Origin: Desulfatiglandales bacterium
GTDB lineage: Bacteria > Desulfobacterota > DSM-4660 > Desulfatiglandales > HGW-15
NCBI GenBank assembly: GCA_963667015.2
Contig: CAXXJJ010000004.1
Location: 3,840,001-3,904,000 of the forward strand
Length of the DNA stretch: 64,000 nt
Direction: 5' to 3'
Shown: positions 49,501 through 58,704 of the stretch, piece after piece
Position numbering within the stretch: position 1 is the first letter of the stretch
Layout: the number at the start of each line of letters is the position of its first letter
Notes under the pieces: generated by a model
Seen by the model: only the letters and a program-made list of their open reading frames with translations
The model's database searches: none
What the model was told of the DNA's origin: nothing
Position numbers and translations under genes: made by a program

Positions 49501-50076
49501 CGCAGCCGCATCGGTTTTAATAGGATTCCCCGTGCCAAGTTTCCGGTTCCTGTCTCTAAGAACCGGATTAGCTTCTACTGAATAATAGAGCCTTTCCAGG
49601 TCAAGGGCGATTTTACTCTGTGCAACCGCCTTACTGGATGAGCGGGCGATATCAATGGAGGTAATAAGGGCTGTGAGAGGAAGAGTTCCAACCCCGACTC
49701 CGGCAATCAGTATCTTCTTGGTTGCTCCGTCTGCCATGAACTTGACGGCAAGATTAGCCGCCACAGTGGCAGAGTCCAGGGCCGTATCCATGTCCGCAGT
49801 CCCTGATGCAAGGCTGTCTCCGATTTTACCGATCTTGTATATATAATCGAATATCTCGACCCCCTTCAGGACAGATGTCACCCCGGTCAATCCTTCAGCC
49901 GGCAGCGAATCTATTATTTCACCATATACAATTGGAAAGGCCGGAATAAAATAATTATCCAGGTCTTCGGCCATCTCCTGCCCATTAACGGCAAATGCCG
50001 CCGGTGCGGGCACCGACAGCATTATGCATAAAATCAGGGATAATCCCCTGAGGGAATATTTTTTAAATTTTAACAT
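46582..50076 (-). CDS. Giant exported helical/coiled-coil protein with a C-terminal NTF2/SnoaL-like domain (paralogue B2)
   Basis: Signal peptide, hydrophobic segment ILIAGVGVGTLPLTALITSI, coiled-coil-like middle, and C-terminal WEAGDGTTL..HEEKSSV.EEV..KIIRT..GRFW. TAATG overlap with the upstream gene. Confidence 0.85.
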   Translation of the reverse strand: MLKFKKYSLRGLSLILCIMLSVPAPAAFAVNGQEMAEDLDNYFIPAFPIVYGEIIDSLPAEGLTGVTSVLKGVEIFDYIYKIGKIGDSLASGTADMDTALDSATVAANLAVKFMADGATKKILIAGVGVGTLPLTALITSIDIARSSSKAVAQSKIALDLERLYYSVEANPVLRDRNRKLGTGNPIKTDAAAVEHLFRKCLREQSWSALFKTYVTTELGQDWPEPSLWDRLTVDNDFLEEAAILAEKNRLKSHITSLLLELNKVAQKQEARVVVAKQSQAIRAMAGKISPEELRKALSLYQTALKRLPDIQKYVESLPEKIRQYEETGKKATAVELEKMRVEKLPKDMKEIVACMSYVKYLPTKGSHGSMRQSLLEKLKDSYTMLFNLKNNVSIELINTRLEEEVKTLAVQGQLFEFTRYPCPKFFEDYLPAIEADVKAGLPPGELAKIFEEIEETRKTFSDSYDKDYKANENIFNEKIQEFDDKINEINEKIKDVKNRIATTSETSTLNRLRETLNTLEQTLNGLKGERDKLMAKFNAYRTMFQDTATIDLSQCEKIIDEINQYIGAYANKFQNIQSYLKECYKNALSIHREFANSHSGSRLSEGFLSEEEIDEIKDILAKNTGSVYAYLDLDFLKDLVQLQPDMAMSASFQKILDDLTEAINHTLKQVAESKVTVIRDWSLWTISRLQYMEDSKSTNDINTVIDSVDKALAEFHSVDPDDISKSYKAEYDENIRMLEIIKEGMDSYKKLKPLAGGLASQLEAYIAQADGVNARVEEDRIYLTNVYLQFVNAKDRLKYSLANAMAKSLSAKRNAETFPTGISGRTIKDELESTGILNFSRKRSLGIEALFKEPFIDISTDSGTVSIRPEHLNNVLSGINDLPVDSYENYQPAYAALKEKEDLEGIIFSMTDSETKFVNFFSFDSSMQKTAEKIIKKLKEKKERISAVVTKAGDENALFTVLKNKIDHLIKFSNDQIAMGNFSSVMVLGTQADDLKIEYEELDKTDKKIDEAFKELAALIALAKEKYIDEQNRLNTDIDKGPEVIKDFYGDFKKAYESMDDYQVMNLIDEDWEAGDGTTLTDLEMNLSRTFRTFDEIQYSISNLKISPLPQDTYMVTYDINITSRMFSRNLKHEEKSSVSEEVGIDDKGRVKIIRTLNGRFWQE

Positions 50077-51425
50077 TATGAAGCTGCGGGTAAAAATACA
50101 GGCGATCCGTCACTCCTGTATTTATAGTCTATTCTCAGGGTCATAGTTGCTGTTCCGCCTGAAAAGTCTGCAGATACAGAGCTTACATATAAAAGACCGT
50201 ACCTTGAACCTGAAAACTGGAATGCATAGACATGCCCTTCATAAAGTTCAACTGCGCCGCCCATACCGTCTGAGTACCCTGTTTCCGGGGCCTGTGACAC
50301 ATCATTGAGGGATATATTCCCTAGATCCCGAATCAGAACACCTGTGCCCAGAAAGCCGTAACCATAGCTCTCATCACCGCCGGTAATTATAAAGTCCCCG
50401 TCAAATTCAGTGACTTCACCTGCTGCAAAATCAAAACCCACGGGCGGATGACCGGCGGCAAAAATAGTAATTCCGTTTCCTGACTCAACGTTTTCGTCAA
50501 TATCATCACCCTGGTTGATGTCGTCTATTGCATCGTCATAGTCTCTTTCAACAATATTGCCCCTTTCATCAACAACAATAACAGGATCATTGTTGTTTGA
50601 TATCACCGAACCTGTTGCCACTTCAGAGGCATCGCTCAGGCCGAAGATAAGAGGATTTTTCATGCTGTAGGCCATGGGATGAATCTGCCCGAGCTGAAAC
50701 ACGAACTCAGTTGATCCGCGGTCCGAAAATGTATGGCCTGTTTTGGCGGAGATTACAAAGCGGTTAAAGGTCAGAGACACAAAAATCATGCCCTTTGAAT
50801 CCGCTGTAACGGTATTAAGTGTGTACCTGAGATCAATATTATCAAATATGCTGAAGTCACTGCGGATTGCCCTGTCCAGGATAGTATAGTCGCCGGCAAA
50901 ATCATCACTCACATAGGACATGAAGGCCATAGCATCCTCGTTTCTATAGGCATTTATCATTGCATCAACCGCGTCTCTAATGACTGACATGATATCGCTG
51001 TCCGACACAGTGACCTCCTTCCGGGTATCATCTACCTCATTGGTCTTTCCCCGGGTATCCGTAATTTCAACATATATTTCATATGTCCTGCCTGTTTCAG
51101 GAGGAAAACTGTAAGAGAATGTACCGTCCTTGGTAAGTTCAGCCTGCTGCCAGGTCTTTTTATTGTCCTGGGTAACCCTGACATCCGCTATTTCACCCGT
51201 CTTTATTGTTGCCTTGCCTTTTACATATATACGGCCATCCGGTATTGAGTCCCTGTATACGGTTATCTTTTCGGTACTTTCTTCAAAGGATGTCTTGTTG
51301 AGATACAGGTATTTTATATTGATTTCATCCTGTGACTGTCCAAAGATCCACCACTTTGCCTGGCTGGATGTACAGAACAGCATCGCCAGTAAAAAATAAT
51401 AAATTATTAGCTTGGTATTTTTCAT
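50076..51425 (-). CDS. Exported Ig-like plus NTF2-like protein with a variable C-terminal domain (paralogue A2)
   Basis: Signal peptide then KWWIFGQ. SDDFAGD..LDRA.R.DFS.FDNIDLR and SMKNPLIFGLSDA are shared with 57218-58462. Confidence 0.85.
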   Translation of the reverse strand: MKNTKLIIYYFLLAMLFCTSSQAKWWIFGQSQDEINIKYLYLNKTSFEESTEKITVYRDSIPDGRIYVKGKATIKTGEIADVRVTQDNKKTWQQAELTKDGTFSYSFPPETGRTYEIYVEITDTRGKTNEVDDTRKEVTVSDSDIMSVIRDAVDAMINAYRNEDAMAFMSYVSDDFAGDYTILDRAIRSDFSIFDNIDLRYTLNTVTADSKGMIFVSLTFNRFVISAKTGHTFSDRGSTEFVFQLGQIHPMAYSMKNPLIFGLSDASEVATGSVISNNNDPVIVVDERGNIVERDYDDAIDDINQGDDIDENVESGNGITIFAAGHPPVGFDFAAGEVTEFDGDFIITGGDESYGYGFLGTGVLIRDLGNISLNDVSQAPETGYSDGMGGAVELYEGHVYAFQFSGSRYGLLYVSSVSADFSGGTATMTLRIDYKYRSDGSPVFLPAAS

Positions 51426-51440
51426 GATGATTCTCCTTTA

Positions 51441-53081
51441 TTAATACTGAATGTTTAAGCCTGTTGTAATACTGTTTTCACGGAAATCATTATTGTCAAT
51501 ATCATAGGAGTAATCATTTATATAGGCCCTGAGAAAAATAACCCCATACCTTATTGAAGAAAGAAATTCGGGTTTGTAATAGATATTAAGTCTGGCAAAA
51601 CTCTTTAGGGAATCAGAGCTGCTTTCCTTTTCAAGTTTATTCTGGCCTATCTTAATGTCCGATGTAATCTTCCAGCCGGGAAAATCAAGGCCTGTACCAA
51701 GTGAATATTCATATATTTTGTCTGTTGCGTTGGAGAGCTCATCCTTTGATGTCCAGCCGCCAAGCATAAGATTGGGTTTAAGTATATATCCATCCCTGTG
51801 TAGACGTGCACTCAAAGATGTATTATAGGTATATTCACTGCTTTTCTGCCTCGGCGCACTCCTGTAATCATAGGATGTAACTCCTATATTGCTGTCGCCG
51901 TCAAGCATCCAGAACCGGTCCCTGTAGTTCAGGTTTAAAATATGATCGACCCTTGAAGTGGAAGTCTTGTCCTCTTCAGTAATATCCAACTTATAGGAAA
52001 CGTCTGCCGAGGCATATTTTCTTCCGAACACCCTGCGTGTCAAAAAGCTGACTTCAGGTTTGTAATGATCGGTCCTGTTGGCCAGTGTGGAATCAAGATT
52101 GTTCCTGTACCATAAAAAACCCGATGTGATCGTGTGGCGGCTGGTGAGTTTATAGCGCCATTTTACCTTTGCCTTTTCTCTGTCAGAGGTTGCTGACCCT
52201 ACAACTGTTTTATATTCCGGTGAAACTCTTTCATACTCGATCGTTACACGGCTGGGTCCCCCATCGCCGATGGCGGTCAGCTTGTGGGCATAACCATTCA
52301 TTTCCCTGTCTGCTGATGTGGAAGATTCCGAATAGGTTGTATCTGCATAGGATGATTCACCTGTTATGGTCAGACCCGGGATCGGATTGTATTCCCAGTC
52401 AAAGGTGTATGACACTATATCATATAATTCATCTGTATCATTTACCCTTTCTGAATCCTCAGAACTAACCAGACTGAAGCCGACATCAAGATCTTCAAGC
52501 AAAGAATAGCTGATTTTACCACCAACCACTTCTCTTTCTATTGTATCAATATAACTCTGGCCAAAACCGTGGAAATTGTCCCACCTGGGACTTGCATAAC
52601 CGTATAAAAAAACAACCTCGGGCAGGCCCGAATCCTTTCCGCTGAATCTGTATGATCCGCCCTTAACCGAAGTGCTGAGGCCGTATTGGGAAAATGCATG
52701 AAATGTATCTCCAACATTAAAGCTATGGATACCGTTTGTCATTCCTGCTTTGAGGTTTGTTAACAGAAAGGTCTGGGGGTCGGTGCGCCTGTCATCTGTA
52801 AACTGTGCACCTATGTTGAAATGATAGTCAAAGGTTCCGAATTTTCCGTTTCCGTTTAACCCTAGAATATCAAGGTACCTGTATCCATCCGTGAGTGATG
52901 ATTTATCTTTTCCCGGGCCTGTTATATTATTGTAGGTATAGGAAAAATCGTTAGATACATGAATCTCTGCCAGGGAATATGAGGCGTTTAATGCAATCAG
53001 GCAGATTACAAAAAAGATAAATAACCCTGTTTTATTGATCCGGTTAAACAACCTGCCATTCAAAAATCCGTTTAAATCCAT
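51441..53081 (-). CDS. Large outer-membrane beta-barrel protein of unknown family
   Basis: Signal-like N-terminus, many alternating aromatic/Gly/Ser strands, and C-terminal TGLNIQY beta-signal. GGAGG RBS precedes 53081. Confidence 0.8.
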   Translation of the reverse strand: MDLNGFLNGRLFNRINKTGLFIFFVICLIALNASYSLAEIHVSNDFSYTYNNITGPGKDKSSLTDGYRYLDILGLNGNGKFGTFDYHFNIGAQFTDDRRTDPQTFLLTNLKAGMTNGIHSFNVGDTFHAFSQYGLSTSVKGGSYRFSGKDSGLPEVVFLYGYASPRWDNFHGFGQSYIDTIEREVVGGKISYSLLEDLDVGFSLVSSEDSERVNDTDELYDIVSYTFDWEYNPIPGLTITGESSYADTTYSESSTSADREMNGYAHKLTAIGDGGPSRVTIEYERVSPEYKTVVGSATSDREKAKVKWRYKLTSRHTITSGFLWYRNNLDSTLANRTDHYKPEVSFLTRRVFGRKYASADVSYKLDITEEDKTSTSRVDHILNLNYRDRFWMLDGDSNIGVTSYDYRSAPRQKSSEYTYNTSLSARLHRDGYILKPNLMLGGWTSKDELSNATDKIYEYSLGTGLDFPGWKITSDIKIGQNKLEKESSSDSLKSFARLNIYYKPEFLSSIRYGVIFLRAYINDYSYDIDNNDFRENSITTGLNIQY

Positions 53082-53235
53082 ACTCTCCTCCAAAAACAAT
53101 AAATTTATGTGCATTCAGTTAATTAGTATTCGCTATTACCTTTGGCATTTTTACTGCCGGATAATTCAACTTCTGTTTTTAATATGAGCCCATTTCAGCA
53201 GGCGGAAAACAATCCTATTCATGACCTGCGAATTT

Positions 53236-56200
53236 TCAGTTTACATACCAGAACCTGCCTTCCGGGGTTCTTATGATCTTTACTTTGTTGTCATCAGACA
53301 CCCTTACCTCCTCTACGACAGAAGACCTTTCTTCATGTACAATATTATCCATATAGATCCTGCCGGTAATGTTGAGGGTATAGGAGACTCTGTAGATATC
53401 TTCTCCTGTTTTTTCGACCTTCATGGAGCTAAGTTCCAGCTTTATATCGTCAAACACGGTGAACATGTTCCTGAAGTGATCTTCAACATCATAAAGGGTT
53501 GTTCCATCACCGGCCTCCCATTCGTCGCTCAGGCAGTTCATCAACCCGTAGTCGTTCTGATCTTCATATGCCTTTTGAAATGTTTCATAGAACTGCCTTA
53601 CCTGGAGGGACTTGTCGTCGATGGTTAGCAGTCGTTTTTCGATGTTTGATATGACTCCGGCAAGTTGAGAAAGGAGTTTTCTAACTCCGTCACGAATATA
53701 CATATAATCACTTGCATACTGGTTCTTCAGCAGGCCCGCTCTGTCAATATTATAAATGGCATCTTCATATTCATTATAGGGGACGTCCCTCAGAGTTCCT
53801 GAAATTGCTTCAGCCTTTTTCCTGAGTTCTTCAAGCTCAGATTTTTCAATATTCATGAGATTCAAAGACTTTTTAACGATCTCTTCAGCGCTTTTAATTC
53901 TCTGTATCAGGGGCCCGGCCAGACTGCTCCATCTGGCTATTGCCTGGTTTGCCAGGCTGGTGTACATGGCCGCCTCTGCCTGAGATCTGGCTTCAATATG
54001 TTTGTAGTAGACCTCTTTGAGCTTTTCTCTCAGGGCAAGGTAATCCTTGCCTAAAGGCGTGTCTGCCGGGACCTTCATGTCTTCCACAAAGCGATTATCA
54101 GGGCTGGTGTATTTCATTCCGACAGGTATCAGCTCCCTGATCCTGGACCAGTTTTCATCAAAGCTGTCTGCTCCAGGCACAAGGTTTCCTGCAAGGGCTG
54201 ATGCTTCGCTGAGGTTGCGTCTCAGTACCACGCGGACTTTTTCATTCTGGACCCAGGTCCCGGTAAAAAAATTATCCTCATCTACAACCGGAAGGGCCGA
54301 AAGTTCCCTCATGAACCTTTTCACTTCGGTATCGAGCCAGGGTGCAACACCTTTCAGGAACGAACCCAGGTTGGTGGATAGAATTTTATTCAATGATGAT
54401 TCGGTTTGCCCCAGCTCTTTTTTTGTAAGGTAATGCAGATAAGGTTTGTGCCTTGTAACCTTTCTGCCGTCCACCATATTGGATTCGGTGTTTGCCAGTA
54501 CAGAAAAACTGTTTTCATCAAACATTGCTTCAGAGGCAATTGCTGTGTCCCTGAAGTTTTTAAGATTGCGTTCCGCTTTCTGAAGCCAGGACATGTCTGC
54601 CCGAATATTTTCAATGTACTTTGCGCAGTCATCGGAAATATTCTCAACATCGTCAATATAGGATGATACGGAGTCTTTCAGATCGTTAAAATAGGTGTTA
54701 ATATTGTTGTAATCAGCGCCGGTTAAAAACTGGGGATCTATATATGTGTTTATCTGGCCGGATAAGGCAGCGGTTTCTTTTTTAAAATCTTTCCACTGCT
54801 CAACAATATATTGAAGGTTATCGAGTGATCCTGTTACATCTTTGATTGATATGGAAACAGAATAGAGTTCCTGGTCTCTTGTGTAGAGAGGCGAAAGAAG
54901 ATTGTTAATTCCCTCTACTGCACCCATGTAGAGCTGTGCTGAAGGTTTTATCTTTGCTCCCTGAAGACCGACATATGAGTTGTCACTTACTTTATTTTTG
55001 AGTGACTTAATATATTCCTCTGTTTTCGAGTTCTTATTGCTTTTATAAAAGTCTGCAAAAAAGGCATAACGTGTTTTCAGGGGAAGATACTCTTCATATA
55101 ATGGTGCTACATTGTTTTCAGCAAAAGCCCTTGTTTCTTTCATCCATACTGTCGTTTCTTCTCTTGTGATCTTTGCAATAGCAATAATATTTCCTGCGGC
55201 TTCCTTTGCCATCTGCTGAGCTTCTTCCCATGCAATATCCAGGGCTTTAAGCCTGTCTCTGGAAGGGTTAAGAGCCGCTCCCATCTGACTCGCCTGCTCC
55301 CTCAGCGCTTCTCCTCTTTCTCTTCTTGCTTTTCTCTGTTCTTCTGTTTCTCCTTTAACTGCATTTCCATTTTCATCTTTGAGCCAGAAAAGATTGTCAC
55401 CCTGTATCCTTATTTTACTGATCTCCCTATCCTGAGCAGCTATTGAAGCTCTCAGGGAGACTATCTCATCCGGAGGTTTAACCTCTTTCAGCTTTTCTTC
55501 AAGGTAATCTTTATAACCTTTAACCGTGTCTTTTTCTTCCGTGGTTCCCGTCCCGTTTCCTGCAGCACGGGAATAATCCTCCCCTGCCCATGCCGTTTCA
55601 ATCTCCTCGGCTATCGGCTCTCTTCCCTCAGGGAGAACACCATTATCAAGAGGATGTTTGAACTGACCCCTTTCAAGCGTGCTGATGTAGCGATCCTTTA
55701 TCACCGAAACATCTTCAACTCCGCCCCAGTTAAAGGGCTGAAGGATTTTCCCGAATTTCTGTTTGAACATGTCAACCGTGTCGATTTGGGGAAGTTCTTC
55801 GGTTGTTTGCTGCTCGTAGGTTTCTTCCGGCGGTTTAGGCTCTTCAAGTTTTTTTCTTATTTCTTTTATAAAGAGTTTCAGGGCATCTTCTGCCTTTGAG
55901 TATGCCTGTTTCAGGCCTGTGAATGCGCTGTTCCTCCTGTCTGCAACCGGGCCTCTGGAGGGTATCCATGCGATGACATCCTTTACATAATCAGAAATCA
56001 TTCTTATATGGACCTGCAGGCTTTCATAATCCTTTTCCTCTGCGGCCTTTTCTATTCTTTCGTTGCAAGTTTTGAGATAAACCTCTACAACACCCAGCAT
56101 AGTTATGGCCCTGTCCATCCTTTTAACTGTTTCTTCCATATTTGCGCTGGATGACTGCTTTATTTTATCGGCAAGCTTCTGAAGTTCCTGTCGAGCGACA

Positions 56201-57159
56201 ACCTGCTGTTCCTTGACCTTTGCCGCCTTGTTGATCCAGGAAATCATGCCTCCAATATAGGATTTAAGCGTTGCGCGCTCCTTGATAATGGCTTCCCTTG
56301 TCTGGTCCTCAAGGGCATCCTCAGCCTTTATATCCGACCACATTGCAGCAGAATAGGTGTCTATGGTATCGAAAAAACCTGGTCCGGGAAAATCCTTCTG
56401 GAGCTGTTCCGTTACATAGACCCTGAAAAACTGTCGGAATGAAGGGTCTTCAACAACCCTTTTCCAGACTTTATTGATATTTCCGGATGTAGGAGGAAAG
56501 GGGTCACCCACTCCAAGGGTGCGGCCGGATGACTTTGTGCGAAGCATGATTTCAATAGATGCGTACATGCTTCCAAGCTGTGTGGACTTTGTTTCATTGG
56601 CAAGGGCCTTTTCCGATTCTCTCCATACAGTAAATGCAACAATTACGGCTGTAACATAGGCTGTCGAAGTGATGCCTATTGCTTTTAAAGCTGCCGTTCC
56701 GGTTGCAGTACCTGCTCCTTCGGACAGAGCAAGCAGGGAGCCCGAGACCATTGCCTCATCATACTGCTCGGAGTATATCTTTCCGCTTATGTCAGTAACT
56801 GCCGTAAGAACACCTATTGCTTTCGTCAGTTTCTGCATGTTGTCCCTAATGAATTTCTGGGTTGCAAGCTGTTTTGCGATTTCCCCGCCTTTCCATGCCT
56901 CGTTTGTGAATGTCGTCCCGGATGCCTTGACAGAGGCTTCCAGAATTTCACCATACACGGCAGGTATCCCGTTTGAGGCGAGGTGATCCAGAAAAGGCAC
57001 AGCGTGGCTGTCTTTTACAACATCATATTTGCCTACAATGACCGATGCAGTCCTTTCGCTGGAATTACCTTCACTTAATCCTGCAGAAGGAACAGCAAGC
57101 TGGACACACATGCTCACAAGGCTGGCAACAGCAATAATTCTATTTCTAAACGAATACAT
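53236..57159 (-). CDS. Giant exported helical/coiled-coil protein with a C-terminal NTF2/SnoaL-like domain (paralogue B1)
   Basis: Signal-like N-terminus, hydrophobic segment AIGITSTAYVTAVIVAFTVW, and C-terminal WEAGDGTTL..HEERSSV.EEV..KIIRT..GRFW. Confidence 0.85.
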   Translation of the reverse strand: MYSFRNRIIAVASLVSMCVQLAVPSAGLSEGNSSERTASVIVGKYDVVKDSHAVPFLDHLASNGIPAVYGEILEASVKASGTTFTNEAWKGGEIAKQLATQKFIRDNMQKLTKAIGVLTAVTDISGKIYSEQYDEAMVSGSLLALSEGAGTATGTAALKAIGITSTAYVTAVIVAFTVWRESEKALANETKSTQLGSMYASIEIMLRTKSSGRTLGVGDPFPPTSGNINKVWKRVVEDPSFRQFFRVYVTEQLQKDFPGPGFFDTIDTYSAAMWSDIKAEDALEDQTREAIIKERATLKSYIGGMISWINKAAKVKEQQVVARQELQKLADKIKQSSSANMEETVKRMDRAITMLGVVEVYLKTCNERIEKAAEEKDYESLQVHIRMISDYVKDVIAWIPSRGPVADRRNSAFTGLKQAYSKAEDALKLFIKEIRKKLEEPKPPEETYEQQTTEELPQIDTVDMFKQKFGKILQPFNWGGVEDVSVIKDRYISTLERGQFKHPLDNGVLPEGREPIAEEIETAWAGEDYSRAAGNGTGTTEEKDTVKGYKDYLEEKLKEVKPPDEIVSLRASIAAQDREISKIRIQGDNLFWLKDENGNAVKGETEEQRKARRERGEALREQASQMGAALNPSRDRLKALDIAWEEAQQMAKEAAGNIIAIAKITREETTVWMKETRAFAENNVAPLYEEYLPLKTRYAFFADFYKSNKNSKTEEYIKSLKNKVSDNSYVGLQGAKIKPSAQLYMGAVEGINNLLSPLYTRDQELYSVSISIKDVTGSLDNLQYIVEQWKDFKKETAALSGQINTYIDPQFLTGADYNNINTYFNDLKDSVSSYIDDVENISDDCAKYIENIRADMSWLQKAERNLKNFRDTAIASEAMFDENSFSVLANTESNMVDGRKVTRHKPYLHYLTKKELGQTESSLNKILSTNLGSFLKGVAPWLDTEVKRFMRELSALPVVDEDNFFTGTWVQNEKVRVVLRRNLSEASALAGNLVPGADSFDENWSRIRELIPVGMKYTSPDNRFVEDMKVPADTPLGKDYLALREKLKEVYYKHIEARSQAEAAMYTSLANQAIARWSSLAGPLIQRIKSAEEIVKKSLNLMNIEKSELEELRKKAEAISGTLRDVPYNEYEDAIYNIDRAGLLKNQYASDYMYIRDGVRKLLSQLAGVISNIEKRLLTIDDKSLQVRQFYETFQKAYEDQNDYGLMNCLSDEWEAGDGTTLYDVEDHFRNMFTVFDDIKLELSSMKVEKTGEDIYRVSYTLNITGRIYMDNIVHEERSSVVEEVRVSDDNKVKIIRTPEGRFWYVN

Positions 57160-57166
57160 ATAGAGC

Positions 57167-57205
57167 TCTATGCAAACCCCGCAATACCGGCAGGATTTGC
57201 ATAGA
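57167..57205. promoter_or_regulatory. Intercistronic stem-loop
   Basis: TCTATGCAAA...TTTGCATAGA fills most of the 58-bp gap between the first two genes. Confidence 0.55.
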
Positions 57206-57217
57206 TTATTCCTTTAA

Positions 57218-58462
57218 TTAGTTATTATCCCACGTAGCTACGTTGCTTGGAGCGCCTGTTTTTCCATCCCTGGTCAGTCTGACCCTGTAGTAGAGGATTG
57301 CTGCCTGCTGGGCAATGGCGTCGGTTGTAATTCTGATAAAGTTATCACCAGGTCTCAGATCTACCTCAGTCCAGGGACCATTTTCAGAGAAGGCTTCTTC
57401 AACGATAACCTCATACAGCATCAGCTCATCCCATGTCCCGGTCCAGTCAAATTCCAGATCTATATAATGATGTTTTGTACCGTCACTTATGTAAAGGTTT
57501 TCAGGTGTCGGGATCCCGTTCACATCCCCACTGTCTCCACCGATCCCACTGTCATCGCTGTCTCCCGCTGTCTGAGAGAGAGGTTTCAGGTTTATATTTC
57601 CACGGCTGTCGACAGAAATGATTGGCTCATCCGAACCTAAGACTGTTCCTGTACCTATATTAGCGGCATCACTCAAACCGAATATCAGAGGATTTTTCAT
57701 GCTTTTTACCTTCAGTCCACGACCCTCAGGAATAAATGAGAATTCGGTCATTCCTTTATCAGAGTAGGTTTGCCCATCTCTTGCACCAATAAGAAAACGG
57801 TTATAGGTAATAGCTGCATATACTCCGCCTTTTGAGTCTGAGGCTATTGTTGTAAGAACAAACCTTAAGTCGATATTGTCAAAAAGAGAAAAATCTTTTC
57901 TTACTGCACGGTCTAGCAAAGTGAAATCACCGGCAAAATCATCGCTTATGAAATCCATAAATCCGATGGCATTTTTACTCATGTATGATTCTGTTAATTT
58001 ATTCAGAACCTCGGACACTGCCGCTCGAATATCCTGGTTTGATACCGTTACAATCTTACGTGTCTCTTCAAAATCGTTGGACTTTCCACTGGTTGTAAGT
58101 ATCTTTACATAGATTTCATATGCCTTTTCGATTTCCGGTTTAAATTTTAAGACAAAGGCCCCATCCTTTGACAGTTCAGCCTTTTTCCATGACTCTTTTC
58201 CATCGATGCTTATCTGAACAGAACCGATACCGCCTTTTTTAATAGAGGCTTTCCCCTTGATCATAATATTTCCTTCTTCAAGGTACTGCCTGTATAATGT
58301 GATTTCTTCTCCGCCTTCATCAAAGGAGATATTGTTAATATATAGATATGAAAGAGTTATTTCGTCCTGATTCTGTCCGAAGATCCACCATTTTGCCTGC
58401 ACCTGGATCGATAGGAGAAAGATTGATAGAATAAGCGCTGTCAATATTGTGCATTTTTTCAT
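57218..58462 (-). CDS. Exported Ig-like plus NTF2-like protein with a C-terminal FN3-like domain (paralogue A1)
   Basis: Signal peptide then KWWIFGQ. Shares its core with 50076-51425. C-terminal PTPENL..DLEFDW..YEV..GPWTEV..YYRVR resembles fibronectin type III. Confidence 0.85.
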   Translation of the reverse strand: MKKCTILTALILSIFLLSIQVQAKWWIFGQNQDEITLSYLYINNISFDEGGEEITLYRQYLEEGNIMIKGKASIKKGGIGSVQISIDGKESWKKAELSKDGAFVLKFKPEIEKAYEIYVKILTTSGKSNDFEETRKIVTVSNQDIRAAVSEVLNKLTESYMSKNAIGFMDFISDDFAGDFTLLDRAVRKDFSLFDNIDLRFVLTTIASDSKGGVYAAITYNRFLIGARDGQTYSDKGMTEFSFIPEGRGLKVKSMKNPLIFGLSDAANIGTGTVLGSDEPIISVDSRGNINLKPLSQTAGDSDDSGIGGDSGDVNGIPTPENLYISDGTKHHYIDLEFDWTGTWDELMLYEVIVEEAFSENGPWTEVDLRPGDNFIRITTDAIAQQAAILYYRVRLTRDGKTGAPSNVATWDNN

Positions 58463-58606
58463 TTAAAACTCCTTTTATGCCGATCTTACTTTTATCGAAA
58501 GATCCTGATGATTCCTGTGATACGGGTAAAATCCTAAAAAAACTTATCTTATTGTTTCTCTGACGCTGGAAAAATATAATGGCCTTACTTTTTATCTGCA
58601 GACAAA

Positions 58607-58623
58607 AGCAAATCGGGTGCCAA
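58607..58623 (-). promoter_or_regulatory. Consensus sigma54 -24/-12 promoter
   Basis: Minus strand reads TTGGCAC-CCGAT-TTGCT, about 145 bp upstream of the 58462 start. Confidence 0.85.
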
Positions 58624-58704
58624 CTTTGCTGTAAACAAATTGTTATTTATTTTCAGTTGATTACAAATATTGATCCGGCACAGGGAAGGGAATTTACTGG
58701 CTCA

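Noticed and set aside
46582..57159. Classical polymorphic toxin (CDI/RHS) or phage tape-measure interpretation
   Set aside because: The C-termini are the conserved part rather than the variable part. There are no small immunity genes, RHS/FHA repeats or phage structural genes, and signal peptides are present.
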